DNA of 64,000 nucleotides from Azolla caroliniana (Eukaryota > Plantae > Polypodiophyta), in NCBI GenBank assembly GCA_043228905.1, contig JBHGNT010000010.1, forward strand, positions 19,282,001 to 19,346,000, written 5' to 3'. Of this stretch, positions 1 through 13,069 are shown piece by piece (within the stretch, counting starts at the first letter, position 1; each line of letters begins with the position of its first letter). Position numbers and translations under genes: made by a program. The notes under the pieces were generated by a model. That model ran no database searches. It saw only the letters and a list, made by a program, of their open reading frames with translations, and was not told the DNA's origin.

Positions 1-380
1 TGAAATTGTCCAACAAAACATGCTTATTCCTTCTTTCATAGTAACCTACCTATGTAGGTTCACACCCAATTTGTCCAACAAAACATGATTAATTGTTTTT
101 CGTGGTAACCTACCTATGTAGCTTCACACCCAAGATTATGTAATGTTAGTCTCTTCACATGCTTACTTATATTTCATGGTAACCTACCTATGTAGCGTCA
201 CACCCAAGATTATCTAATGTGAGTCTCTTCACATACTTCTTTTTCATGGTAATCTACCTATGAAGCGTCACACCCAAGATTATCTTAATGTTAGTCTTTT
301 TACATGCTTAATTCTTTTTCATGGTAACCTGCCGATGTAGCTTCACATACATGATTATCGTAATGTCAGTCTCTTCAAAT
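1..380. repeat. Degenerate tandem repeat, ~64-75 bp unit, ~5 copies
   Basis: The motif tcatggtaacctacctatgtagcttcacacccaagattat recurs at about 36, 100, 174, 244 and 319. Confidence 0.85.
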
Positions 381-1532
381 GCAAAGGACATCTTCAAGAA
401 CTTATATGAATCCCCTCTTTTTTATTTACATTCTTGATGGGGAGCCTATAGAACCCAACACAACATTTTCGTAATACATATGGGTTGCATCAAATATCTA
501 CTTGGAGATAACACTTGAGAACTTCTCATTATGGTTTCTTACAGAAATAACTCATATTACCTTGATATCACAGTGGCAAAGCCACCATTCGTACTTGCAC
601 ATGACAGACCGTGAAACCTTTCAATCAAATAACTCATAGCTGTCTCATGAGGCACATGTGGAAAATGTTCAAAAGACCAGGTTTTTGTTTGTATTATCAT
701 GCTGTTTTAATATACACATCATGTTACAAAGAAAGAGAGAGAACACAGATAGTGGTGCCAATTGTTTGGAGATCGTGAGGTTGTGAGTTGGGTGCACTGA
801 TAGTGGCATGTAAGGTTGGGAGAAGTGATATATGGTGTAACAAAGATGTGTGGAAGTCATAGAAATCCAGGAAGGGATCTGTGAGCCCATGGCGTCGAGT
901 GCTGATATGATAGCCCAAGGTGTTTCTGAATCCTGGTTACCCAAATGTAATAGATTTTCCCGTGCTCTTGTTGGCTTATGACAAAGATAGGCCCCATTAC
1001 AAAAAACAAGTTGACTGTTAAAAGTTGAGGAGGGGTAATTGTGGAATTATGGAAAGATGAGGGACCATCTGGGATTTATATAAAAGTGGAGAAATGGAAG
1101 AGAGTCAAGACAGAGACTCCTTATTAATTTGATAAAAGGAAAGAGATAAATTGGAAAGACCAGACCATCTCTCTGTCCTTCTCACCCTCTCTATACACAT
1201 CGCTAGAGAGAGAGAGAAGAGCATGTGATGGAAACAGAGAAAACCACGAAGGAGTGAGAGTATGATAGAGAGAGTGGATAGAAAGCCTAGAAGGAGACGA
1301 TGTCTAGAGTGAGAAACACGTGATGGTCAAAGGTCCCCTGAGAGAGAGTGAATAAGATACTGAGAGACAGAGAGGAAGAAGAGGGGTTTCTTTCTTCTTC
1401 CTTTTCTTTTCTGTCACAGCAACAGAGAGATGGAAGCAATGAAACAGAATGACATATTTATCCTAAATTAATTCCTTTCTACTCTTCTGTACCAATTCTT
1501 CTTCTTCTTCTGCAATCTGTTCAATAGCTCCC

Positions 1533-4500
1533 ATGGAAGCTCTGCCATTGTTTTCTTCAGGTAAAAAGGGAAGTAATAATACTGTTGTGGAATTTTAGGG
1601 TTAATTAATAGTCACAATTTGCATTCTGTTTTTTACTGTGGGGTTTTATATTTAGTCTGAAATTTTAAAGAATCAAATGTCATGAATTGCAGACTTTGGT
1701 GGGAATTTTTTGGGCTTCTGGCATAGATTACTTTTAAGACTTTCCTGTGAAATGTTATGGTTTTTTCCTCACAAATGGAAGAAACTATTAGGATTATAAC
1801 CTACTGTTATAGATTGCTTTGACCTGAAATATTGAGGTTATTTCACATAACATAGGCTTGAGTGTTTAATTTTAGGGTCAAATTGTCACAGATCACATTT
1901 TCCAGTATGAAAATTTAGGTTGTTGCTATGAATTTTGTATGTTTTCCAAGGATCAACTAGATAGTGTTCATGCATGTATTGCCCATGTGAAGGGTTATTT
2001 TTGTGAGCTTGCAACTGTGGAGCTAGATAGTGATAGAGATATTTCTCATAACCACAAAGGTGGAGAAATTCATCTTTTGTGTCTCTGCCAACAGGTTAGG
2101 GATGGCCATGATACAGTCTATTCTTGACCTATGACTTTTAGTTAGTTATTTTATGTTTGTTGAATGTAATCTTGCAAGAAAATGCTGTTCATGAAGGTGC
2201 TTCCTTGTGTGTTGCAGAAGCAACCCCTGAACTTGTTCAACAACTTGGTTTTGAAAAAGTTCAAGGTGAATTCCTTGACGAATATAAATCAAATGCAATA
2301 CTCTATAAACACAAGAAAACTGGAGCAGAAGTGATGTCGGTTACGAATGAAGATGAAAATAAAGTTTTTGGAATTGTTTTCCGAACCCCGCCGTAAGTTT
2401 TGACCACCAATATCTAACTATTTTTTTTCTCCGAATGTTTATAACTTATGCTTTGATGATGATGTCAAGCAAATTTAACAATATTGATTAGAAATTAAAT
2501 TAGCTGTATGAGTGATGGATAGACAGCTTATTTTGGGTAACCTACATTACTTGGGTCGAGTTAACATATATTTTGAGTTACGTATATGTGAGCTAATGAC
2601 GAGTCTTGTATTCTTTTTTACTCTAAGCTTGTTATTCTGTAGGGCCATTCGTCTCACATTCCTTAAAAATAACTTTGTTGCAGGAAAGATTCTACTGGAA
2701 TCCCTCACATTCTTGAGCATAGTGTTCTGTGTGGTTCAAGAAAATATCCCCTCAAGGAGCCATTTGTTGAGCTTCTGAAGGGTAGTCTTCACACATTTTT
2801 GAATGCTTTCACGTATCCTGATCGAACATGTTATCCAGTGGCATCTACAAATACAAAGGTGCATTTCTATTTATGTTTGGACTGTTTTATAATAATATAT
2901 AAACTTGTGTTGAATCTTGACGTCATGCCATCGTGGAACAGGACTTTTACAATCTTGTTGATGTCTACTTGGATGCTGTTTTTTTCCCTAAATGTGTGGA
3001 TGATTTGCAAATATTTCAACAAGAGGGTTGGCACTATGAACTTAATGATCCCTCAGAAGAGGTCACTCTTAAAGGCATGTTCTATGTGCTCTAAATTTTA
3101 GGATGCAATAAACTGAAGCTCTTTGGTCAATCCAGACGACTTGTTAAAATTGTACTTGACAGAAGTTGACAACCTTATTTTGTTTCAACTAGGTGTGGTA
3201 TTCAATGAGATGAAAGGTGTTTATTCGCAACCAGATAATGTCCTTGGGCGTGTTACCCAGCAGGTGTGCTTGTCTATGACCTGATCTAGGCATATGGAAA
3301 CCTTCATCAATGCATGTATTTACATTATAATTTAGGAACATATGATAAACTTTGTATCTTATGAGATGTGTTATTGTCTTATACTGTAGGCTTTGTTTCC
3401 TGATAATACATATGGGGTCGATAGTGGAGGAGATCCAGAAGTTATTCCGAAACTTACGTTTAGTGAATTCCAGGTAATTCTGCTCATTTTTCCTCCACAG
3501 ATGTGTGTTATATTTATACTTATTATTCCTTGATGTTCTTGGTTCATACGTCTATAAACTTATCAGATGTTTTATTGTGAATAATAGGACTTCCACAGAA
3601 AGTTCTATCATCCAAGCAATGCTCGTATTTGGTTCTATGGAGATGATGATCCAAATCAACGGCTACGCCTGATAAGTGGTGCGTAAGTATTGCGATGAAC
3701 ATATTCCTACTTGTACTAGGTCATACGATCTATGCCATTACGTAATTTTTAGTATATTTAAAATGTGTTGATACAATGTACAGCATGCTAATCATTTAGG
3801 CGTCACACATTCACAATGCATTTGAAGTATCCAATGATGATGATTTGATTAGTATTTTTGGAATTTCAATATTTTCTTTACTGCTAATTTGTGAGGCTTG
3901 TTCTTCTTCTTTGTGCACCGTTTCTAATCAATGGATGTGTTGATTATCCATTTTTTCTGATCGTGTCTATCCTAAAGATCTTCTTGTGCTGATAAAAAAT
4001 TACAGCCTATTTGGATACTTTTGAAGCAAATGAATCATCAAAAGAATCAGAAATTCAGCCACAAAAGCTTTTCTCGGAACCTAAAAGAGTTGTAGAAAAG
4101 TATGCTGCTGGTGAATTAGGAGATTTGAAAAAGAAACACATGGTCTGTGTGAACTGGTTACTTACAGACACTCCCTTGGATATGGAAACCGAACTTGCTT
4201 TGGGATTTCTTGACCATCTAATGCTAGGGACACCAGCAGCACCTTTACGTAAAACATTGCTAGAGAGTGGCCTTGGGGAAGCTCTTGTTGGTGGTGGTAT
4301 GGATGATGATCTTCTTCAACCTCAATTCAGTGTGGGACTAAAAAATGTTGCTGAAGAGGATATCCCAAAGACTGAAGATCTCATTATTTCAAAGCTCAAA
4401 GAGCTCGTTGATGAAGGTTTTACTTCTGAGGCAGTTGAAGCTTCTATGAATACAATAGAATTTTCTTTGAGAGAGAATAACACTGGCTCCTTTCCACGCG

Positions 4501-7500
4501 GTTTGTCTCTCATGCTACGGTCCATGGTAAGTCTACTTGTAGTGTATCATTTACATTCTGTTTCATGGATTCCATTTTGTTTGTTTTTCTGAGATTTGAA
4601 CAAATGTCCAGGGTAAATGGCTTTATGGTCTGAGTCCATTTGAACCCTTGAGGTTTGCAAAGCCTTTGGAAGCATTGAAAGCAAAGATTGCTGCTGAAGG
4701 ATCCAAAGCTATCTTTTCTCCTTTGATTCAGAAGTTTCTGCTAGATAATCCTCATAAGGTCACTGTATTATTACAGGTATCTATATCCATTCGGCCTGTT
4801 TACATTGAGTTTATTATGTAGTTACACAATGAAACTTAATGTCTAGCTCCAATCTGTTTAGCCTGATTCAGAGAAGGGGGCGATTAATGAAGCTCAAGAG
4901 AAAGAGATGCTTAAAAAACTGAAAGATAGTTTGACAAAGGAGGACCTGGCAGAGCTAACCCGTGCAACTGAGGAATTACGCCTGAAACAGGAAACTCCTG
5001 ATACACCAGAAGCTCTTGCAACAGTACCAGGCTTGTCTTTGGATGATATACCAAAGGACCCTATCTTTATTCCCATAGATGTAAGTCACCTCCACCATTG
5101 CAGTGATAAACAATAGATGTTTTAAATATTTGGCATCTATTTTTTATTGATCTTGTGCATGTGTGGAACAGATTGGGGAAATCGAGGGTACAACTGTATT
5201 ACGACATGATCTATTTACAAATGATGTGCTATATGCCGAATTGGCTTTTGATATGAGCTCAATGGACTCTAAACTCCTTCCCCTTGTACCATTGTTTTGG
5301 TAAGGATAACACCCTAGCACAATCTTGAAGCCTATTTGGATGGATCTTTAAGAATTGTTTATGCTTTTTGCAGTCAGTCTGTAATGGAAATGGGAACCAA
5401 GGATGCAGACTTTGTTCAGTTAAATCAGTTAATAGGAAGAAAAACGGGTGGTATAAGTATTTTTCCTAGCATATCTTCGAGAAGGGGAAGGAAAGAGCCA
5501 TCTAGTCACATGATTATAAGGGGGAAAGCAATGGCTTCTCAGGTCCAAGAATTGTTTGACTTGGTAAGCATTTTATGACTTTTCTACATCAAGATTGTAT
5601 TATTCTCCACTTGAAATGAAAAAATAGGTGTGGTCTTTTAAATTGAATCATGAATTGAGAATCCTCGGCTAGTCAATAAATGTTCTCCAGTTTGAATGAG
5701 TGCACGAAGAGGGAAGTGACTGAGGAGAACTTATCTTCGTTGCTGAATTCCATCTCCGAACGTTTTCTTTACTTGCTCAAAAGTCATTTCAGTTGAAATT
5801 CCACTGCCATTGCTTCTATGATATGAAGTAAATGGGGAAAGTTGAAGCAGCTTTCTACTAATATTAGAGTCCGTTTGGGTGATCCATGGGCTGTATGCCT
5901 GGTAGTTGACTCGCTGTTTTGTAGTGAATGTATTTGGGTTCTTTGAATTGGGAGATGCCCACCTTTTCAGCCACCACTTTGGTCATAACTTTGATTGATA
6001 TTCCGTGAAGGGAGTTTCATAGTATGCTGATTGGGTTCTTTAGTCACAGGAAACAGATGGGAAGAGTCTTAAGACATGACAATTGTGGTGTGGCAGAATT
6101 CTGCCAGAATGTGTAGTCTTGGGTGGACCATTGTGCAATGACTGGACTCCCAATGGGAAATGCTGCTGCATTTTGGTCGCATTTACCAAATTCCGTTTTT
6201 GGTTGTTTTATGCCTTCTCTTGTCGTTTTTCTGGGTGCACTGTAAAATAAACAATGGGTTGTGAGAGGGTGAAGAAATGTGGTTGAACAACCAATCATCA
6301 AGTAAAATATCACAAGAAACATCCACTGTTGGTTCATGGAGCTGATGCAATTTCATGGAGGGTAACAAACTCTCAGTAATGGTGAGGTTCACTCAGTGCC
6401 AGTGAGTAGATCTGTCTCAACTAGCTTAATGACGGCACATTGGCACATTAGTGTAAGTAATTAGCGATTTATGCTCAATAATGTTAATTACTCCTTGGTC
6501 ATTACAAATGTGTTTCAGCTGTGTGTTCAAGATATCTCAATGCATATCTACATGTTCATTTTGTTAAATATATTATTTATCATTACTTAATAAAATACTT
6601 TTGAGTGATGCAGATGAGAATCCTGCTTCAAGATGTCCAATTTTCAGACCAACAACGTTTCAAGCAGTTTGTGTCTCAAAGCAAGGCTCGCATGGAGGTA
6701 TGGTAAATTCTTATGCAAATCTTGAATATAGTTAAGTATTTGTATTAAACTTTCATATCTAAGTTAATCCTGTCATGCAGAGTGCTTTGCGAGGACGTGG
6801 GCATAGTATTGCAGCATCGCGGATGGATGCCAAATTGAATGTTGCTGGCTGGGTATCTGAACAAATGGGTGGTCTAAGGTACATCTATGCATAATCATTT
6901 ATATGCATATGCATTTGTCTATATGCTATAGTAAGGACTGTCATGTTTTACCTGTGAAAACCGTTCCTTCTCTAAGTAGATTGTTGTATCGATATTTGGG
7001 TCTGTTTCTTCTGAAACCAACACTTTTTGGTTTTTGCAGCTACTTTGATTATCTACAGACACTGGAGAAACAGGTTGATAGTGATTGGGAAAGTGTTGCT
7101 GCATCACTTGAAAAAATACGTAATAGCTTCCTCTCAAGGAAAGGTGCATTGGTAAACCTGACTGCAGACAGTAAACTGATAACGAAGGCAGAATCCTACG
7201 TAGGTTCAATCCTCCAGGCATTTCCAAATTCTTTAACATCAGAAACAGGAACCTGGAACACATGTCTTGAACCTTTAAATGAAGGACTGATTGTACCAAC
7301 TCAGGTATCTTATGCTATGAGATTACCTTTTGCCATTAAAGAAAATTTTGATACTCATAGGGAATATGGGATGGGAGATTTACCATTTTACATACTTGTC
7401 CCAGGTGAATTATGTTGGAAAAGCGCTTGATTTATATAAAACTGGATATGAGTTGAATGGAAGTGCATATGTCATTTCGAAGTATATAAGTAATACCTGG

Positions 7501-8637
7501 CTATGGGATCGTGTGCGGGTTAGTGGCGGTGCCTATGGTGGTTTTTGTGATTTTGATTCACATTCAGGTTTATGTCTTTGCCTATCTCAATATGCTTATG
7601 GAGAAAACCCTCTGTCTGTCATTTGTTTCATGAAAATTTTCCACGTTCATTTGTCTAGGTGTAATGTCATTTCTTTCTTATCGGGATCCCAATTTGCTTG
7701 AGACTTTGAACATATACGACAAAACACCAGAATTCCTTCAGACTTTGGAACTAGATAGTGATTCTTTGCAAAAAGCAATAATTGGCACAATTGGAGACAT
7801 TGATTCGTACCAACTTCCAGATGCCAAAGGATACTCGAGGTATGGTTCTGCTATTTCTTTTAGTTCCTCTGCTGCGTAGTGGTTGTGTTATTTGTATCAG
7901 GAAAAGGTATGCCTGTATGTATAATAGAGAAAGCTTTGCGATCCTCTATTTGAAGCTTATTGGATTACCCAATGCTCTTTGTGTTTATTGAGAACATTGC
8001 TTTTTAGTTCTATATCTCAAGCAGTGAGATTCCTTAAACCAGTGTGAAAGTCAAGCTGAGTTGGTTGAAGTTTCGCTTTAGAGCTATTTTTTGAACAAAT
8101 GATGCTATTGCAGGGATTTTTATTTTGTTATTGATCAAATCATATATATGTGCTGTCAATAGCCAGTTTAATTGTTATATTTTTCATAGTTGATCATGGG
8201 ATATTGAAATAATATTTAGCGAATTGATCACTCTTTCCCTCAACAAAAGTGGCCTTCTGATATTTTTGGTTCATCTGATTTCGTTTTTATTCTGTCAGTA
8301 TGCTTCGCTACCTACTTGGGATTACGGAGGAAGAGCGGAAGCAGAGACGAGAAGAGATATTGTCCACAAGGTAAGAATAAGAATCCATTATCTGGAACTT
8401 CATAGTGTATTATTCTTGTTGCAAATCTTGTCTCTAGGTAGGGATTGAGTGAAGGAGAGTAGGAAGTAAAATGGAAGTTTGAACTTTGATTACAGGTTAA
8501 GTGATTTCAAAGCATTTGGTGATGTGTTGGAGGCTGCTAAAGCCAAGAGTGTGGTTGTTGCTGTCGCATCTGAGAATGATATTGAAGCTGCAAATAAAAC
8601 AAGCAATGGGCTTTTTAATGTTAGAAAAGCTTTGTAA
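1533..8637 (+). CDS. PREP: Presequence protease (PreP, pitrilysin/M16C zinc metalloprotease), 19 exons, ~994 aa as modelled
   Basis: Phase-consistent exons 1533-1560, 2218-2392, 2684-2858, 2942-3074, 3193-3263, 3390-3473, 3588-3678, 4006-4526, 4612-4776, 4862-5080, 5172-5299, 5374-5563, 6614-6697, 6781-6878, 7040-7304, 7405-7567, 7659-7839, 8299-8370, 8496-8637 (2985 nt). The translation has the inverted zinc motif HILEH (DSTGIPHILEHSVLCGS), LNAFTYPDRTCYPVAS, GVVFNEMKG, WLWDRVRVSGGAYGG, SYRDPN and C-terminal FNVRKAL*, all matching plant PreP as I recall it. The start codon is uncertain. Confidence 0.95.
3075..3192 (+). other. GC-AG intron (PreP intron 4)
   Basis: The exon ends ...ACTCTTAAAG|GCATGT and resumes after caactag|GTGTGGTATTC, restoring the conserved K-G-V-V-F-N-E-M-K-G without extra residues. 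Confidence 0.85.
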
Positions 8638-9942
8638 AGAAACGCTCCAAGAAACAATACAATTACTACACTATAGAAGCCCCTAATCAAAGAAGCAGTC
8701 CATATTTTTTTACATTGTTTGAACTTCATGCGGATTCTATGCTGCTGTGATTCTTTGTCCATTGGAAATAGTTATGTATATCCTTGAGGCTCCTATGAAT
8801 GAGTTTTTGGACGTCAGAGTGGATTGTGTTCAGTTCTGCTAACAAATGAGTGAAGTGGTCATATACACTGGATTTCGTCATTCACTAGTCCTATAATTTA
8901 TTCAAAAATTTAAATTGTGATTCCTTTATTTTGCTCAAAATCTGAACTTCATTCAGAATTCATTATAGTTCAGTATTTTTGGTTTTTAAACATATCTTTA
9001 AAGATTATGGCCACATGTGGGGAAAAGATGCGGATGTGATTCGATAAGAAATGAATGTGCACTAACGATCAAGAGACATGATAGTCTGCATAAACATCTT
9101 GTTTACCAAATAATTCTAATCAAATATTGAATATATTGTTTTTAGGGCATACTTGTGATCCGAGGCTGAACAATGTTCTTTATTGAAGCGTGTAAGGGGA
9201 ACCTATACGGTCCATATTCCTTGGTATATGACCTAAGAATTCAACTGTAGTGTGAAAATCAATTCAGAATGCAACCAGAGAATACATGTTGAAGCACGAT
9301 GTGTTAGTATTTTTAGGAGAATTTTGATGTTATAAAATAGTTTTACTTCAGATTCATGAGTTTACATATACTTGTGTGTTTGAATCAATGGAAAAGTTGC
9401 TGGTTTTGGCTGGCTTGATTGATGGGTTGCCTATGTGTTCATTATAAAGAACTTGCAACCTAGACCTGAGTTGTAATTTTGCTTCCCCATTGTTTTTTCC
9501 AAATGTCTAATAGGAGCTACATAAAGCTGATTAGGTATGACCAATAAGAAAGGCCAGTCATTTCTTGCGATCTCCTAGGCAGCTATATAACTCAAGAAAC
9601 TATCCATAACTAGCCAAGTTATGGTGAACATGTTGGCTGATGTGCCTATCGATGATATAGCATCATGAAAATATGATTAATGTTTGTCTAAAATAATAGT
9701 TGTAAAAATATGTGTAAGTCACCTCCAACCAAAACTTACACACACACATACATACATACATATATTATTATATACATATATACATACATACATACATACA
9801 TACATGATACATACTCTTTAAGGGGAGTTGGGCGGCTCAAATACTTACGTTATATTTGGTAACAATGGATTGCAGCACAACTATCAACATAATGATTATT
9901 AATAAAGAAATCAAATGAGAGATCAGTAGTACTCTGTTCCCC

Positions 9943-9945
<3 letters not shown>

Positions 9946-9989
<44 letters not shown>
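9946..9989. repeat. (CT)n microsatellite upstream of the HVA22 gene
   Basis: About 22 perfect TC units, followed by a purine-rich putative 5'UTR. Confidence 0.95.
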
Positions 9990-9991
<2 letters not shown>

Positions 9992-10160
9992 AGGTTCTTC
10001 CTCTTGGGACTTGGAGTATGGAAGAAGAAGGTGGGATGGGACGTTTACATGTTCCTCCTGTTCCCGCTTCATTCAACAAGAAGGAGAAGGAGGAGAAGGA
10101 GAAGGAGGAGGAGGAGGTGGAGGTGGAGAAGAAGAAGAAGAAGCACAGAGAAAGCCAAGG

Positions 10161-11874
10161 ATGGGCATCTTCTGGACCATGGCCTGTCATCTCCATACGC
10201 TAGCTGGGTAGGTGCCATCTCTAGCATTCCCTGTGTCTATTCTTGGGTCTTCCTTTCTATGCTTTCCTTCCTAACCATTTCACTCTGTTTTTGGTGCCTC
10301 TCATCATAGTCCCCTTGTCATGCTCCTCTATCCTCTGTAAGTGTAAACACAACCCATCTTTAATAAGAATAAAAAAGCAATATCTGGTTTATATATTTGC
10401 ATTATTTTCTTCTTCTGCTGCTTTTATTTAATAATTTCAAGTATTCTTACTCCCTGGTTATGAATGTATTCATATGGCAGATATGCATCAATAAAGGCGA
10501 TTGAAAGTGAGTCTAAAGTTGATGATCAACAGTGGTTGACTTATTGGATCATCTACTCTTCTCTCACCTTCCTGGAGTTTGTGGCAGCTCCAGTCTTTAC
10601 TTGGTAAGCATCTCCATATATCTATGTATATATACAGACTATTCATGTACTTAATTAAGACATCAAAGATTTCCCAAAGAAGAAGCTCCACAACAAATTT
10701 GCCATACATTTGTAAACTCTCCCCTAATGCATCAAACAAGATGATATCGACATTATCCACTACATCTGATGAATTGAGCTTATGGGTTTGGGAACGGATC
10801 TTTTGGGAAATCCATGTTATCTCCATTAAAGAGCTGTAATACCTAGCTATGTCCGTTGCTTGGATTAGGTCGGGTACCATTCCTATACCCATACATGTTA
10901 TGGGGGAAAACTCTAAACTACCGAAACAAGTTTCATTATTTCCCTGAATGTCCTTGGTTAACCTCATCCTCATTTTGTTGTTCTTCTTACATTTGTAAGT
11001 TAATCTTGCATTATGAGGCTTTGTGGCAGCCTCTAAGGTGATCTGTTTGTGAAAAGCCAGGGCTGTCTGGAGAAAGAATGCATAAATTAGGGGATTTCAG
11101 AGCGCTATTTCTTCATTTGGTTTTTATTGAGGTTTTGTCTACTTCATGTGCTTACTATGAAGTCTTTCAAGTCTAAACAATGAACCACCACATTGTATTA
11201 CAAAAACACAAACTCAAGAATGTGTTCTGTTATCCAAAAGAAAATCATATCTGGGTAAGGATTTGTCACATTGAATTTTGTTTCTTGCCCTTATATATTT
11301 AACAGGATTCCTCTCTGGAGCTCAATAAAGCTTGTTTGTGCATGCTGGTTGGCACTTCCTCCGTTCCGAGGTGCCCATTATGCCTATGATTGTGTCATCC
11401 GAGGACGATTCCTCAAGCATGAGAGAGTTTTTGAGAATAGCCTCAATGCTTCGCAACACAAATTCCTCAATTTGCTTAGCCCTCAGACTAGACAGTCTTT
11501 GGAGCACTATATCAAAGAGCATGGTACCAATGCCCTTGATAATGTGATTGCTGTGGTAATATCTCATTATTCGTCATCAGTGTTTTTATTATTTCATATA
11601 TTACAATTACATGCTCATATTAATTTAATACACTCATATCAAAGAAGTGGTCTCCTTATTTTTGCCAATCATTGCTCTCGTTTGTCATTTTTTGTATAGA
11701 TTTAGAATACCACGCACACTACAATGTAACAACTGTTGACATATTACTCGTGCATATACATGGTCTGTTTTTAATTTATCACGGTAAAAATCTTGCTTCC
11801 CTTATTCTAAAAGTGTCCTTCCTCAACTTTTGCTGCAGGCTACCAAGGAGACATACAAAAACCCATTTGCATAG
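10161..11874 (+). CDS. HVA22: HVA22/TB2/DP1 (REEP/YOP1) family protein, 5 exons, 160 aa
   Basis: Exons 10161-10207, 10310-10336 (27 nt), 10481-10603, 11306-11555, 11839-11874, all GT-AG, 483 nt. Translation: [51 protein letters not shown]...WIPLWSSIKLVCACWLALPPFRGA...ATKETYKNPFA*. Confidence 0.93.
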
Positions 11875-12310
11875 GATCTTATGTGATATCTTCATCATTG
11901 TTTTTGCTTTACTCAAGTCTTTTTGGTTCTTGAAGTTTATCTTTAAGATATCTCACGTAGATTAGCCATTTTGTATAGCAAATTTTCCAAATGTAGTGTG
12001 CTCATAACTGTTATTCACTTTGTAATCATTTTTTCCTCGACGTTTATCTGTAATGTTTGGCATACATATATATTTCTATGCCTTTTTTGACAGCAAATGA
12101 TCTCAATGCACATTGCATAATGGTATGCAAAAAGTATACGTTTGATTTAAGCTGTGTATGCCCTTAATCACTTCGAAAAATTGGGTATGTTAGCCTCATT
12201 CTGAATTGAGGTGCAATCAGCTCATTAATTCATGTTCATACAGTATGAGATGTGCAATATATACTATGGTTTCTTTCATTGCTAAAACACAACATTTGTA
12301 CATGGCACAC

Positions 12311-12863
12311 GAAGAAATGAACAAAATGTATATTTGTACGTTGCCTCTGATTGATTGTGGGCATGCTTAAATGCCTCTCAACAACAATTATTGCTTAACT
12401 TCTAGTACTTTTCATATCAAGTCACTGTGATCCCTACGTTGCCACAAGAAGAAATGAACAAAAAGCATATTTTGTTGTAGTAAGTCCTCTCTGATTGATT
12501 GTGGGCACACTTAAATGCCTCTCAACAACAATTACTGCTCAACTTCTAAGTACTTTTCATATCAAGTCACTGTGATCCCTACGTTGCCACAAGAAATGAA
12601 CAAAAAACATATTTTGTTGCAGTAAGTCCTCTCTGATTGATTGTGGGCACACTTAAATGCCTCTCAACAACAATTATTGCTAAAGTTTAAGTACTTTTCA
12701 TATCAAGTCACTGTGATCCCTACGTTGCCACAAGAAATGAACAAAAAGCATATTTTGTTGCAGTAAGTCCTCTTTGATTGATTGTGGGCACACTTAAATG
12801 CCTCTCAACAACAATTATTGCTCAACTTCTAAGTACTTTTCATATCAAGTCACTGTGATCCCT
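12311..12863. repeat. Tandem repeat, ~142 bp unit, 4 copies
   Basis: The anchor gtcactgtgatccct occurs at about 12421, 12566, 12707 and 12849, with near-identical sequence between anchors. Confidence 0.93.
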
Positions 12864-13069
12864 GTATTTGTATAATTTTGAAATATTGTCTTCATATGGC
12901 AAATAATAAGAACAAAATTCTCAATTATAGTGTAGCTGGGCTGTTCTAATTCTCAAGAGGTATCTTAAGATTAATTATTGTACAACTCCTATGCATAGCC
13001 AAATGATGCAGTAAGGCCATGTTACTAGGCAACATGGTAACACACTCAACTAGATATGTAACACTAGAT

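Noticed and set aside
9837-10309. Poly-Arg, poly-Gly/Glu and ER-repeat ORFs
   Set aside because: They are translations of the (CT)n microsatellite and the purine-rich HVA22 leader.
10488-10973. 161-aa minus-strand ORF overlapping HVA22
   Set aside because: It has no recognisable motif and is antisense to an exon and intron, so it is likely a chance ORF.
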